In this document: positions 16,637 to 24,369 of the stretch, in pieces
How positions within the stretch are numbered: the stretch's first letter is position 1
Layout: each line of letters starts with the position of its first letter
From: a virus
Reading direction: 5' to 3' (one strand)
Length of the DNA stretch: 64,000 nucleotides
IMG/VR virus record: IMGVR_UViG_3300045988_107529
Location: 16,779-80,778 of that record
The notes under the pieces: model-generated
Seen by the model: the letters and a program-made list of their open reading frames with translations, nothing else
What the model was told of the DNA's origin: nothing
Database searches by the model: none
Position numbers and translations under genes: made by a program

Positions 16637-16786
16637 ATGAAAGAAAAATGTTGCAAGAATTGCAGAAGACATGATGACTTCACATGGGTTTGTTTCAATG
16701 GTGATAGCGAATATTGCGCAGACTTTACGGAGCCAGAGTGTTATTGTGAGTTTTGGGAGAGAAAAGAAGATGGAGATATGTGGTAA
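16637..16786 (+). CDS. 49-aa Cys-rich protein (not in ORF track)
   Basis: GAGGT RBS then ATG at 16637. Product is MKEKCCKNCRRHDDFTWVCFNGDSEYCADFTEPECYCEFWERKEDGDMW. Confidence 0.5.
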   Translation: MKEKCCKNCRRHDDFTWVCFNGDSEYCADFTEPECYCEFWERKEDGDMW

Positions 16787-16937
16787 AGAAATAAAAGACG
16801 AATGTTCAAACTGCGGAAATATCCTTGAATGCGAATTGTTCCGTCAAGGGCATGGAATAAAACAGGAACGTGAAAACATAGCTAAAATGATTGCCTGTCA
16901 GATGAAGCACAGGGAGAGAAGGGAATTTGAATGCTAA
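16770..16937 (+). CDS. small Cys-rich protein
   Basis: MEICGKEIKDECSNCGNILECELF... The internal start of track ORF 16671..16937 avoids overlap with the previous gene. Confidence 0.45.
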   Translation: MEICGKEIKDECSNCGNILECELFRQGHGIKQERENIAKMIACQMKHRERREFEC

Positions 16938-17206
16938 ATTTACTTGATAAACGCAATTGCCCTGTTTGCGGTGGAATATTGAAATGTGAAAATGCCGATT
17001 TCACAAACCCTTTTATAGAAAAAGGACTCTTTTTAAATGTGACATGGCAATGCACCAATTGCGGCGCTGAATATACTGCAAAACTTGAATTAACCCCAAA
17101 CGGATATGAGTTGCAAGACCGTGAAGCACATATTGATGTAGAGGATAATTTTTCAGCCGAAAAATTTATGCTTGGAAGAGACAATTTTCGAAGACAGAGG
17201 TGGTAA
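16931..17206 (+). CDS. zinc-ribbon protein
   Basis: CPVCGG...CTNCGA form two CxxC pairs. Confidence 0.5.
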   Translation: MLNLLDKRNCPVCGGILKCENADFTNPFIEKGLFLNVTWQCTNCGAEYTAKLELTPNGYELQDREAHIDVEDNFSAEKFMLGRDNFRRQRW

Positions 17207-17208
17207 AT

Positions 17209-17532
17209 ATGAAATTTGAGGATATGGCAAACTGGACAGAGGAACAGCTAAAAAAAGAGGTTGTGAGACTATCTGAAGAATGTGAGAAGAAGCAGCATAT
17301 AATCCTGGACTATGAAGCTTTATCGGAGACAATTAACCAAAAGCTTCTTGAAAATGATAACTGGAAGATTCCGATTGATGGAATTGAAAATGTAGATACT
17401 GGTCATCCATCTATAGAATGGTATGAACAACGCCACCAGGATGACTGTATTAGAATCAACGAGTTAACTGTTACTGTTGACACTCTGGTTGACCGATATG
17501 CTAATTTAAGGAAAAATAAAGGAATGTGCTGA
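17209..17532 (+). CDS. hypothetical protein
   Basis: MKFEDMANWTEEQLKKE..., with AGAGGTGG RBS. Confidence 0.5.
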   Translation: MKFEDMANWTEEQLKKEVVRLSEECEKKQHIILDYEALSETINQKLLENDNWKIPIDGIENVDTGHPSIEWYEQRHQDDCIRINELTVTVDTLVDRYANLRKNKGMC

Positions 17533-17533
17533 T

Positions 17534-17830
17534 ATGGGTGAAAAGGACAAGTTAAGACGCTTATTTATAGGAGATGGGGAAACAGCCATATCGGGAATAC
17601 CAGAATTTCCAGGAGATTTAATTGCTTATGCATTACAGACTTTTGAGACACAAGATAATTCTGTTATCTTCGCAGGAAAATCACTTGAATTTGAAACCGA
17701 ATTTAAACTCACTAAAGAAAACGCTTTGCTCTTTGCTTTTCCAGAACGAATAAATCAGAATAATTTCCGAAAAATGCATGGCATTCCAAAGCGGAGGAAA
17801 ATTAATGGTACCAGGAAACGCAGATTATGA
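17534..17830 (+). CDS. hypothetical protein
   Basis: 98-aa ORF with no recognisable motif. Confidence 0.45.
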   Translation: MGEKDKLRRLFIGDGETAISGIPEFPGDLIAYALQTFETQDNSVIFAGKSLEFETEFKLTKENALLFAFPERINQNNFRKMHGIPKRRKINGTRKRRL

Positions 17831-18056
17831 CCTTGACGGAGCTTTATTGCGTGATGAAGCCGTATATCTAAAGAAACTACATTCAGAGTATCTAGTATGC
17901 GATGATTTAAAGATTGGAAATATTGAACCAATATCAAAAGAAGTGTTGAACAATATAGAAATCACACAAAACAAAAAGATTGTTTATGGAACTTTTGGAA
18001 CATTTTCCATTAATGATTTGCCAAAGCAATTGAGGGAGAAAATTAATGAGTATTAA
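17805..18056 (+). CDS. hypothetical protein
   Basis: Start moved to MVPGNADYD, behind GCGGAGGAAAA. Confidence 0.45.
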   Translation: MVPGNADYDLDGALLRDEAVYLKKLHSEYLVCDDLKIGNIEPISKEVLNNIEITQNKKIVYGTFGTFSINDLPKQLREKINEY

Positions 18057-18279
18057 GTCAGCATTAGAATCCGAAGGAATAGATTTTTCTGAATACATGA
18101 ACCCACCAGAACCATGGAATGGACAGGCATTAATACGGAATATCAATGGAACGAAATACGCCTGTTGTCCTTTTTGCCAGAAGAAAGCGCTTCTGATTAG
18201 CCCAAACACGAAGATTCAGCACTTGAAACTGAAATGTAAGGGTAGTAATTGCAAGAAAGAGTTTGAGGTGAATGTATGA
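18046..18279 (+). CDS. zinc-ribbon protein
   Basis: CCPFCQKK...CKGSNCKKEFEV. Confidence 0.5.
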   Translation: MSIKSALESEGIDFSEYMNPPEPWNGQALIRNINGTKYACCPFCQKKALLISPNTKIQHLKLKCKGSNCKKEFEVNV

Positions 18280-18455
18280 ACACAAAACGGATTAAATGTA
18301 TTTTGACAGGTGGATGCAAGTTCAAAAGTTCGGATACAGAATCGAAATGCAATGATAAAGAAAAGACTTGCACCATTACAGAAACTTGCTACAAATGTGG
18401 GAAGAAGTACACTGCCGTATTTACCTACAAACAATTAGGGATTCCAGTGAGGTGA
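18276..18455 (+). CDS. 59-aa Cys-rich protein (not in ORF track)
   Basis: MNTKRIKCILTGGCKFKSSDTESKCNDKEKTCTITETCYKCGKKYTAVFTYKQLGIPVR. The gene is bracketed by the 17-nt repeat TGAGGTGAATGTATGAA. Confidence 0.5.
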   Translation: MNTKRIKCILTGGCKFKSSDTESKCNDKEKTCTITETCYKCGKKYTAVFTYKQLGIPVR

Positions 18456-18459
18456 ATGT

Positions 18460-18741
18460 ATGAATTGGTTTAAAGAAAAATGTTCCCACCTATATGAGGA
18501 AATTGGGAAATGCTATGACAGAATAGATTACGGAAATGGTACTCATATAAATGCTTATATTGTAAAAAAATGCAAAATATGCGGAAATATTACAGCCAAG
18601 ACTGTATATTCAAATGAATTTACAAAGTATACATCTCCTGTAAGAGTTGATGATTGTGTAAAAAAACTGATAGCTAAAGGATATGTTGACAAGGTTGATT
18701 TCTTTTTGGAACACGAAAATGATAATATACCGTGGAAATAA
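18460..18741 (+). CDS. Cys-containing hypothetical protein
   Basis: MNWFKEKCSHLYEE...CKICGN. Confidence 0.5.
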   Translation: MNWFKEKCSHLYEEIGKCYDRIDYGNGTHINAYIVKKCKICGNITAKTVYSNEFTKYTSPVRVDDCVKKLIAKGYVDKVDFFLEHENDNIPWK

Positions 18742-18756
18742 ATGGAGGTCTATTGA

Positions 18757-18951
18757 GTGAAGAAGGCAAGAAAAATATGTTGGATAATTGCGAATTTCAT
18801 AATATTCAAATGGGCAGCAGATTATTTGATAGCCACAATTCAAATGATGGTTGAAAATAATTGGGGATTTTCGGCAGTACCATTACTGTTTATGGCAGTA
18901 TTCGCAGAATGGAAAGTAATTGAAAATATTTTTACGGAATTAAGAAGATGA
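18757..18951 (+). CDS. small membrane protein
   Basis: GTG start behind ATGGAGGTC, with two hydrophobic segments. Confidence 0.4.
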   Translation: MKKARKICWIIANFIIFKWAADYLIATIQMMVENNWGFSAVPLLFMAVFAEWKVIENIFTELRR

Positions 18952-18972
18952 TTTTATCAAGAAAGGATATGT

Positions 18973-19176
18973 ATGACAAAACAAGAAGCCGTAGTAGTTG
19001 AAACCTACACAGGAATTTGTATGCTTGTAGGAGATGATCGCCGACTTGCATATGAATATGCAGAAAAACTTTTAGGTCATCCGATATATACGCATGAATT
19101 CCCAAAGTATGTCGACGAGTTAAAAAAACTTAGCAAGCCAGATTTTATTGAAATTTGCAAAAAGTTAAGCGATTAA
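18973..19176 (+). CDS. hypothetical protein
   Basis: 67-aa ORF with AAAGGA RBS. Confidence 0.45.
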   Translation: MTKQEAVVVETYTGICMLVGDDRRLAYEYAEKLLGHPIYTHEFPKYVDELKKLSKPDFIEICKKLSD

Positions 19177-19338
19177 ATGGTATGGTGCGAATTAAGAAAC
19201 ATTCCGTGCATACATCCAGAACCAGATGGATTAGAAAATTGCAGATATTGTGAAAAATATAGTTTTGAAAAATATTTAGAATACAAAAAATCAAAAAGAA
19301 AAGTCAAGAGAGCCAAAAAGGAGCGCCATTATGAGTGA
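19177..19338 (+). CDS. 53-aa Cys-containing basic-tailed protein (not in ORF track)
   Basis: MVWCELRNIPCIHPEPDGLENCRYCEKYSFEKYLEYKKSKRKVKRAKKERHYE. Its 3' end overlaps the rtcB start and contains the left copy of the 14-bp repeat. Confidence 0.45.
   Translation: MVWCELRNIPCIHPEPDGLENCRYCEKYSFEKYLEYKKSKRKVKRAKKERHYE
19302..19315 (+). repeat. left copy of 14-bp direct repeat AGTCAAGAGAGCCA flanking rtcB
   Basis: An identical 14-mer occurs at 20536-20549. Confidence 0.8.
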
Positions 19339-20533
19339 TTTGAAGATATTTACAGAAAAAATCGAGCAAGAAGCATTAAATCAAATTTATACACTAATAA
19401 AACAGCCTGCATTTTCTGAATGTAAAGTACGAATCATGCCAGATGTTCACGCAGGGGCAGGATGTGTAATTGGCTTTACAGCTGATCTTGGAGATAAAGT
19501 AATTCCGAACATTGTTGGAGTAGACATTGGATGCGGAATGCTCACAACACAAATTCCTACTGATGTGGGAACAATAGATTTTAAAATCCTTGACGAAGTG
19601 ATAAGAAATAATGTTCCGGCAGGAAGAAATGTACGTGACGAAATCATAAATTTTAAAGAATTAGAAGAACTTCACTGCTTTTCACTGCTTAAAAATGTTG
19701 AATGGATTCGCAGGAGTCTTGGTACACTTGGGGGAGGAAATCATTTTATTGAAGTTGACACCGATTCAAAAGGCATAAACTACCTTGTAATTCACACTGG
19801 AAGTCGTAACCTTGGAAAACAGGTAGCTGAAATATATCAAAAAATTGCCATAGAAGATATGCAGGGTACAGATAAGCTCGAAACTGAAATACAGAAATTA
19901 GTAAAAGAATACAAGTGCTCTGGCAGGCATAAGGAAATTCAAAATAGTATTGATGAATTAAAACGAAAATGGAAGCCAGACAAACTTGGAATTCCGAAAG
20001 AACTATGTTATTTGACAGGTGAGCATAGAAGACAATATCTGCATGATATGAAAATCTGTCAAGAATTTGCAAGAATAAACAGAAGATGCATACAGTCAGC
20101 TATATTCTACACTATGAATTGGACACTTCAAAGAAACACATGGTTTGACACAATTCATAATTATATTGACCACGATACAAATATTGTTCGGAAAGGTGCG
20201 ATATCAGCTAAACATGGTGAAAAAGTTCTTATCCCTATGAATATGCGAGATGGATGTATTATTGCAATTGGAAAAGGAAATGAGGATTGGAACTGTTCAG
20301 CCCCGCATGGCGCAGGGCGTATTATGAGCCGATCAAAAGCAAAAGAAAACATTTCGTTAGAAGAATTTAAGGAGTCTATGAATGGGATATATACAACATC
20401 CGTTCAGAAATCTACAATTGACGAAAGCCCTATGGCTTACAAACCGCCGCAAGAAATTATTGATAAAATCAAAGATACCGTAGATATAGTTGATATTATT
20501 AAACCTGTATATAATTTCAAAGCAAGTGAATAA
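19331..20533 (+). CDS. rtcB: RtcB RNA 3'-phosphate ligase
   Basis: MPDVHAGAGCVIGF, GGGNHFIE, HTGSRNLG and CSAPHGAGR are the RtcB metal-binding and His-GMP motifs. 400 aa. Confidence 0.9.
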   Translation: MSDLKIFTEKIEQEALNQIYTLIKQPAFSECKVRIMPDVHAGAGCVIGFTADLGDKVIPNIVGVDIGCGMLTTQIPTDVGTIDFKILDEVIRNNVPAGRNVRDEIINFKELEELHCFSLLKNVEWIRRSLGTLGGGNHFIEVDTDSKGINYLVIHTGSRNLGKQVAEIYQKIAIEDMQGTDKLETEIQKLVKEYKCSGRHKEIQNSIDELKRKWKPDKLGIPKELCYLTGEHRRQYLHDMKICQEFARINRRCIQSAIFYTMNWTLQRNTWFDTIHNYIDHDTNIVRKGAISAKHGEKVLIPMNMRDGCIIAIGKGNEDWNCSAPHGAGRIMSRSKAKENISLEEFKESMNGIYTTSVQKSTIDESPMAYKPPQEIIDKIKDTVDIVDIIKPVYNFKASE

Positions 20534-20535
20534 TC

Positions 20536-20549
20536 AGTCAAGAGAGCCA
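20536..20549 (+). repeat. right copy of the 14-bp direct repeat
   Basis: AGTCAAGAGAGCCA. In frame it reads ..SVKRAT-stop, echoing the ..KVKRAK of the upstream small ORF. Confidence 0.8.
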
Positions 20550-20553
20550 CATG

Positions 20554-20600
20554 AGAGCCAGACTAAATCCTAAAAAGAAAGGAGGTCTGGCTCTATTTTT
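20554..20600 (+). terminator. hairpin plus T-run ending at the TerL start codon, with GGAGG in its loop
   Basis: AGAGCCAGAC...GTCTGGCTCT then ATTTTT, then ATG at 20601. GGAGG at 20581-20585 is 15 nt from the ATG. Confidence 0.5.
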
Positions 20601-22352
20601 ATGTCAAAAATTACAGAAGGTTCGCTCGAATGGTATCGGGCAGTGCTGAATCAAATTATCAGTAGTGATATGACAATCTATCAGAACCAAAAAGATTGCC
20701 TTGATTTGCTCTTGAACATGAATATTGACCTTCCTTTCGACAAGAACCAAGAAGCACGGAAAATGGCCATGAAAGTAAGCCAATACTCACATAACATAGC
20801 AGAGAAGTGTGCTGCATTAACTGGCAGTGGCGATTTTGATGATATCTACTGGCAGTATTTGTTACTGGAAGCACCACATTTGCTGGATTCCTATGCCATG
20901 TATATAGAAAAAGATAGAAAACCAGAAGAACGGTTCTATTTGCCAAGACGCAGAACATTGAAAAAAGTAGTAGATAAATTACAAGCACTTGAAGAAGATG
21001 AACTTGACGAATTGTTTCTGCATCAGCCAGCCAGAACTGGTAAATCACAAATTATTACTGTCGGAACCGCATGGCATTGTGCAAGAAATTCAGAGATAAG
21101 CAACCTCTATGTTACATATAAAGAAGGACTTGGCGGTGCATTCCTAGATGGAGTTACGGAAATATGGACTGACCCAACATATTGCCATGAAGATGTATTT
21201 CATTCAAAAATAGCCAGAACAGATGCAAAGAACCACAAAGTAGACCTTGAAAGAAAGAAAAAATATGCGACATTATCTGGAAAAGGTTTGGAATCTGGTT
21301 TGAACGGTGAGTATGACGCATATGGTTGGCTGATTCTCGATGATATCCTGGAAGGTATTCAAGATGTATTAAATCCAGATATTCTCAGAAGAAAGCAAAT
21401 TGTGTTTGACAACAATGTAATGTCACGAAAGAAAGAACAATGTAAATTGATTCTAAATGGTACTATCTGGTCATTGCATGATTTGTATATGGACAGACTA
21501 TCATTTCTTCAGAATAATCCAGAAGCAAAACACATTAGATATGATGTTCTTAAAATTCCAGCTCTTGACCCGGAAACTGATGAGAGTAATTTTGACTACG
21601 ATTACGGAGTTGGATTCAGTACAAAATATTATCGCACTATTCGTTCTAAATTTGAAGAAAACGATGATATGGCAGGATGGTTAGCCCAGTATCAGCAGGA
21701 ACCTATTGAAAGAGATGGTGCTTTATTTAATGCGCAACATATGAACTTTTATAATGGACAATTGCCAGATGAAGAACCATTGAAAGTAGTTTCAGCTTGC
21801 GATGTGGCTCTTGGCGGTAGTGATTATCTTGCAATGCCAGTAGCATATGTATATGAAGATGGTTCCGTATATATACACGAAGTAGTATTTGATAATTCTG
21901 AAAAGAAATTTACTATGCCAAAAGTCGTATCAGCAATTGTCAATAATAAAGTTACGAATGCTTTTTTTGAAGCCAATGCAGGCGGCGAAGGGTATAAAGA
22001 TGAAGTAGAAGGAAAGTTAAAGGAGCAAGGGTATCAAACTAATCTTACTTCTAAATATGCGCAACAAATGATTTTGAATAATGGTGGACACGCACCTAAA
22101 TCGGCAGTGAGAAAAGAACAGAGAATTTGGGATAATGCTGAAAACATTAGAAAATTTTATTTTCTTGATACTGGATATCAAAACGCAGAGTATAGAAAAT
22201 TTATGAATAATGTCTATTCATTCACAATGACAGGAAAAAATAAGCACGATGACGCACCGGATTCACTCGCTAGTTTAGCAGTATTCTTAAAAAATGGAAG
22301 CGGAGTTGGAACCGCAACAGCAACACAGAATCCACTTTGGGGAAGGAGATAG
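20601..22352 (+). CDS. terL: terminase large subunit
   Basis: Walker A-like QPARTGKSQ, Walker B-like WLILDDILEG, C-terminal nuclease-type HDDAPDSLA. 583 aa, directly upstream of the portal region. Confidence 0.85.
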   Translation: MSKITEGSLEWYRAVLNQIISSDMTIYQNQKDCLDLLLNMNIDLPFDKNQEARKMAMKVSQYSHNIAEKCAALTGSGDFDDIYWQYLLLEAPHLLDSYAMYIEKDRKPEERFYLPRRRTLKKVVDKLQALEEDELDELFLHQPARTGKSQIITVGTAWHCARNSEISNLYVTYKEGLGGAFLDGVTEIWTDPTYCHEDVFHSKIARTDAKNHKVDLERKKKYATLSGKGLESGLNGEYDAYGWLILDDILEGIQDVLNPDILRRKQIVFDNNVMSRKKEQCKLILNGTIWSLHDLYMDRLSFLQNNPEAKHIRYDVLKIPALDPETDESNFDYDYGVGFSTKYYRTIRSKFEENDDMAGWLAQYQQEPIERDGALFNAQHMNFYNGQLPDEEPLKVVSACDVALGGSDYLAMPVAYVYEDGSVYIHEVVFDNSEKKFTMPKVVSAIVNNKVTNAFFEANAGGEGYKDEVEGKLKEQGYQTNLTSKYAQQMILNNGGHAPKSAVRKEQRIWDNAENIRKFYFLDTGYQNAEYRKFMNNVYSFTMTGKNKHDDAPDSLASLAVFLKNGSGVGTATATQNPLWGRR

Positions 22353-22355
22353 AAT

Positions 22356-22778
22356 ATGATGACTGCAACTCAATATTTACGCCAGATTGAAAATTATGAT
22401 AACAGAATCAAAAATAAGCTTATTGAAGAAGAACAGCTCAGTTCTCTTTCCACAAGCGTATCTGCAATTCCTGTTGGAGAAAAGGTACAAACTTCTGTGA
22501 AACGTGATCCGATGGGAGATATGATTGCGAAGATATTTGACCTGCGAGAAGAGATTTCAGAAATGATATCTGAATTTTTACAAAAAAGACAAGAAATAGT
22601 CCGAACTATAGAACAGGTTGAAGATCCATTACTATATGACATATTATTTAAGCACTATGTTGAGTACAAATCTTTGGTTCGCATTGCAGATGAGATGGGT
22701 TATTCAGAGATTCACATTAAAAAAAAGCATTTAAAAGCCATAGCAGAAATAAAAAAGATAAAAGGTTTTGAAAGATGA
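22356..22778 (+). CDS. sigma-70 region-4-like / DUF1492-type putative late transcription regulator
   Basis: Coiled-coil N-half, then C-terminal LLYDILFKHYVEYKSLVRIADEMGYSEIHIKKKHLKAIAEI, which resembles a sigma region-4 HTH. Its stop overlaps conserved box A. Confidence 0.45.
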   Translation: MMTATQYLRQIENYDNRIKNKLIEEEQLSSLSTSVSAIPVGEKVQTSVKRDPMGDMIAKIFDLREEISEMISEFLQKRQEIVRTIEQVEDPLLYDILFKHYVEYKSLVRIADEMGYSEIHIKKKHLKAIAEIKKIKGFER

Positions 22779-22801
22779 TACCGAAGTATACTGAATGATA
22801 C
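22777..22801 (+). promoter_or_regulatory. conserved 25-nt box, copy A
   Basis: GATACCGAAGTATACTGAATGATAC, then TAAAAT/TATAAA, then the terminator at 22830-22858. Confidence 0.6.
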
Positions 22802-22829
22802 CGCCAATATGTGTAAAATATAAAGTAGA

Positions 22830-22858
22830 GCATTGGATTAAAATATCCAGTGCTTTTT
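22830..22858 (+). terminator. intrinsic terminator after box A
   Basis: GCATTGGAT-taaaat-ATCCAGTGC followed by TTTTT. Confidence 0.7.
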
Positions 22859-22872
22859 ATTTTGCAGAAAGG

Positions 22873-24369
22873 ATGGTTCGACTTGTGAGAAATACAATGA
22901 ATTTTGTAGATTTATGCCGAGGTGAGTTCGGGCGAAAAGTAGCCTACACAGGCGTTGACCGAATCACTCCACAAAATGTAGTAAAAGTAGTTTCAGATAC
23001 AATTGGCATACATAATAGAAACCGAACATTGATTGATTACTTGTATCGGTACATGAAAGGCGATCAGCCGATATTATACCGAAACAAAATAGTCCGTCCA
23101 GAAGTTAATAACAGAGTGGTTGAAAATCACGCATTTGAAACTGTAAAATTTAAAGCTGGACAGATTTGTGGGGAACCAATCCAATATGTATGCAAAAAGA
23201 AAAAAGCAGATAAAAAAATAAATGAGCAAGTTGACCTTCTGAATGATTATCTGGATGAAGCCAATGCAGATGCAAGAAACATCCAAAGGGCAATATACCA
23301 AAGTGCAACAGGAACTTCTTATAAGGCTATTCTGAAAGAAGAGGACTGGACAAAAAACGGAGATTTACCACCGTTTAGAATCTTCATTCCGTATCCAGGT
23401 GATTGTTACATTGTATACTCACAGAGAAATGGGAAACCAATGCTTTCCGTGCAGATTTTAAAAGATGAAGATGAACAGCAATATTATTTATGTTATTCAA
23501 AGAACCAGTTTTTTGAAATCAAGAATGGAAAAGTAACTAACTACGGCATCAATGGTTTTGGCGGGATTCCAATTGTTGAATGTCCAAATAATCACGACAG
23601 ACTTTCAGATGTTGAAATTGCAATCACCTTATTTGATGCAATTAACAAATACCAGTCCGATAGATTAAATGGCGTGGAACAGTTTGTGCAAGCCTTTATG
23701 AAGTTTAAGAACTGTGAGGTAGACGAAAACGAGTTTTTGAAAATGGTAAAACTTGGTGCTATCTCTGTTAAAGATACTGGAAATGGCTGTCAGTCGGATG
23801 TTGAACTGATGACCGCTGAACTGAATCAATCAGAGAGCCAGGTTGCAAAGGATGATATCTACAATAATATGCTGATTGTGGAAGCAATGCCAAACCGCCA
23901 AAGCAATAGCGGAGGTGATACAGGAAATGCCGTATACCTTCGTAATGGATGGGACTTCGCAGAAAGAGATGCGAAATTGGTAGAAGCATTCACCAAGGAA
24001 GCCGAAAAGGAATCTGCTAGAATTATTCTGAATATTATCCGTGGCACGTCAAATGATGTTAATATCTCAACCCGAGATTTTGATGTAAAGATAACCAGAA
24101 ACCCAACAGACAATATGCTTGTAAAAGCACAGGCACTTGATTATCTGTTTAAAAATAAAATTCATCCGCTTATTGCATTGATTACTTGTGGGCTTTTCAG
24201 TGATCCGCAGAAAGTCTACGAAATGAGTTTACCGTATCTGGGAACTATTTACCCGGAACTGGCAGACCCGGAAGCGGAAATGCAGAAAGCACAGCAATTA
24301 CTTGACGGAAAGTTTCAAAATCCGTCCAAAACAGAACCAATGGCAAATTCTCCATCTAACGAAGAATGA
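22873..24369 (+). CDS. portal protein (start uncertain, 22873 or 22897)
   Basis: About 490-500 aa, positioned after TerL. LIDYLYRYMKGDQPILYRNK and overall size and position support the call. The track start at 22795 would run through box A and the terminator. Confidence 0.7.
   Translation: MVRLVRNTMNFVDLCRGEFGRKVAYTGVDRITPQNVVKVVSDTIGIHNRNRTLIDYLYRYMKGDQPILYRNKIVRPEVNNRVVENHAFETVKFKAGQICGEPIQYVCKKKKADKKINEQVDLLNDYLDEANADARNIQRAIYQSATGTSYKAILKEEDWTKNGDLPPFRIFIPYPGDCYIVYSQRNGKPMLSVQILKDEDEQQYYLCYSKNQFFEIKNGKVTNYGINGFGGIPIVECPNNHDRLSDVEIAITLFDAINKYQSDRLNGVEQFVQAFMKFKNCEVDENEFLKMVKLGAISVKDTGNGCQSDVELMTAELNQSESQVAKDDIYNNMLIVEAMPNRQSNSGGDTGNAVYLRNGWDFAERDAKLVEAFTKEAEKESARIILNIIRGTSNDVNISTRDFDVKITRNPTDNMLVKAQALDYLFKNKIHPLIALITCGLFSDPQKVYEMSLPYLGTIYPELADPEAEMQKAQQLLDGKFQNPSKTEPMANSPSNEE

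Noticed and set aside
22795-22872. Portal start at 22795, and the similar upstream extension of 35819..36328.
   Set aside because: Both extensions would be translated through a conserved 25-nt box and an intrinsic terminator. Downstream starts behind the terminators fit better.
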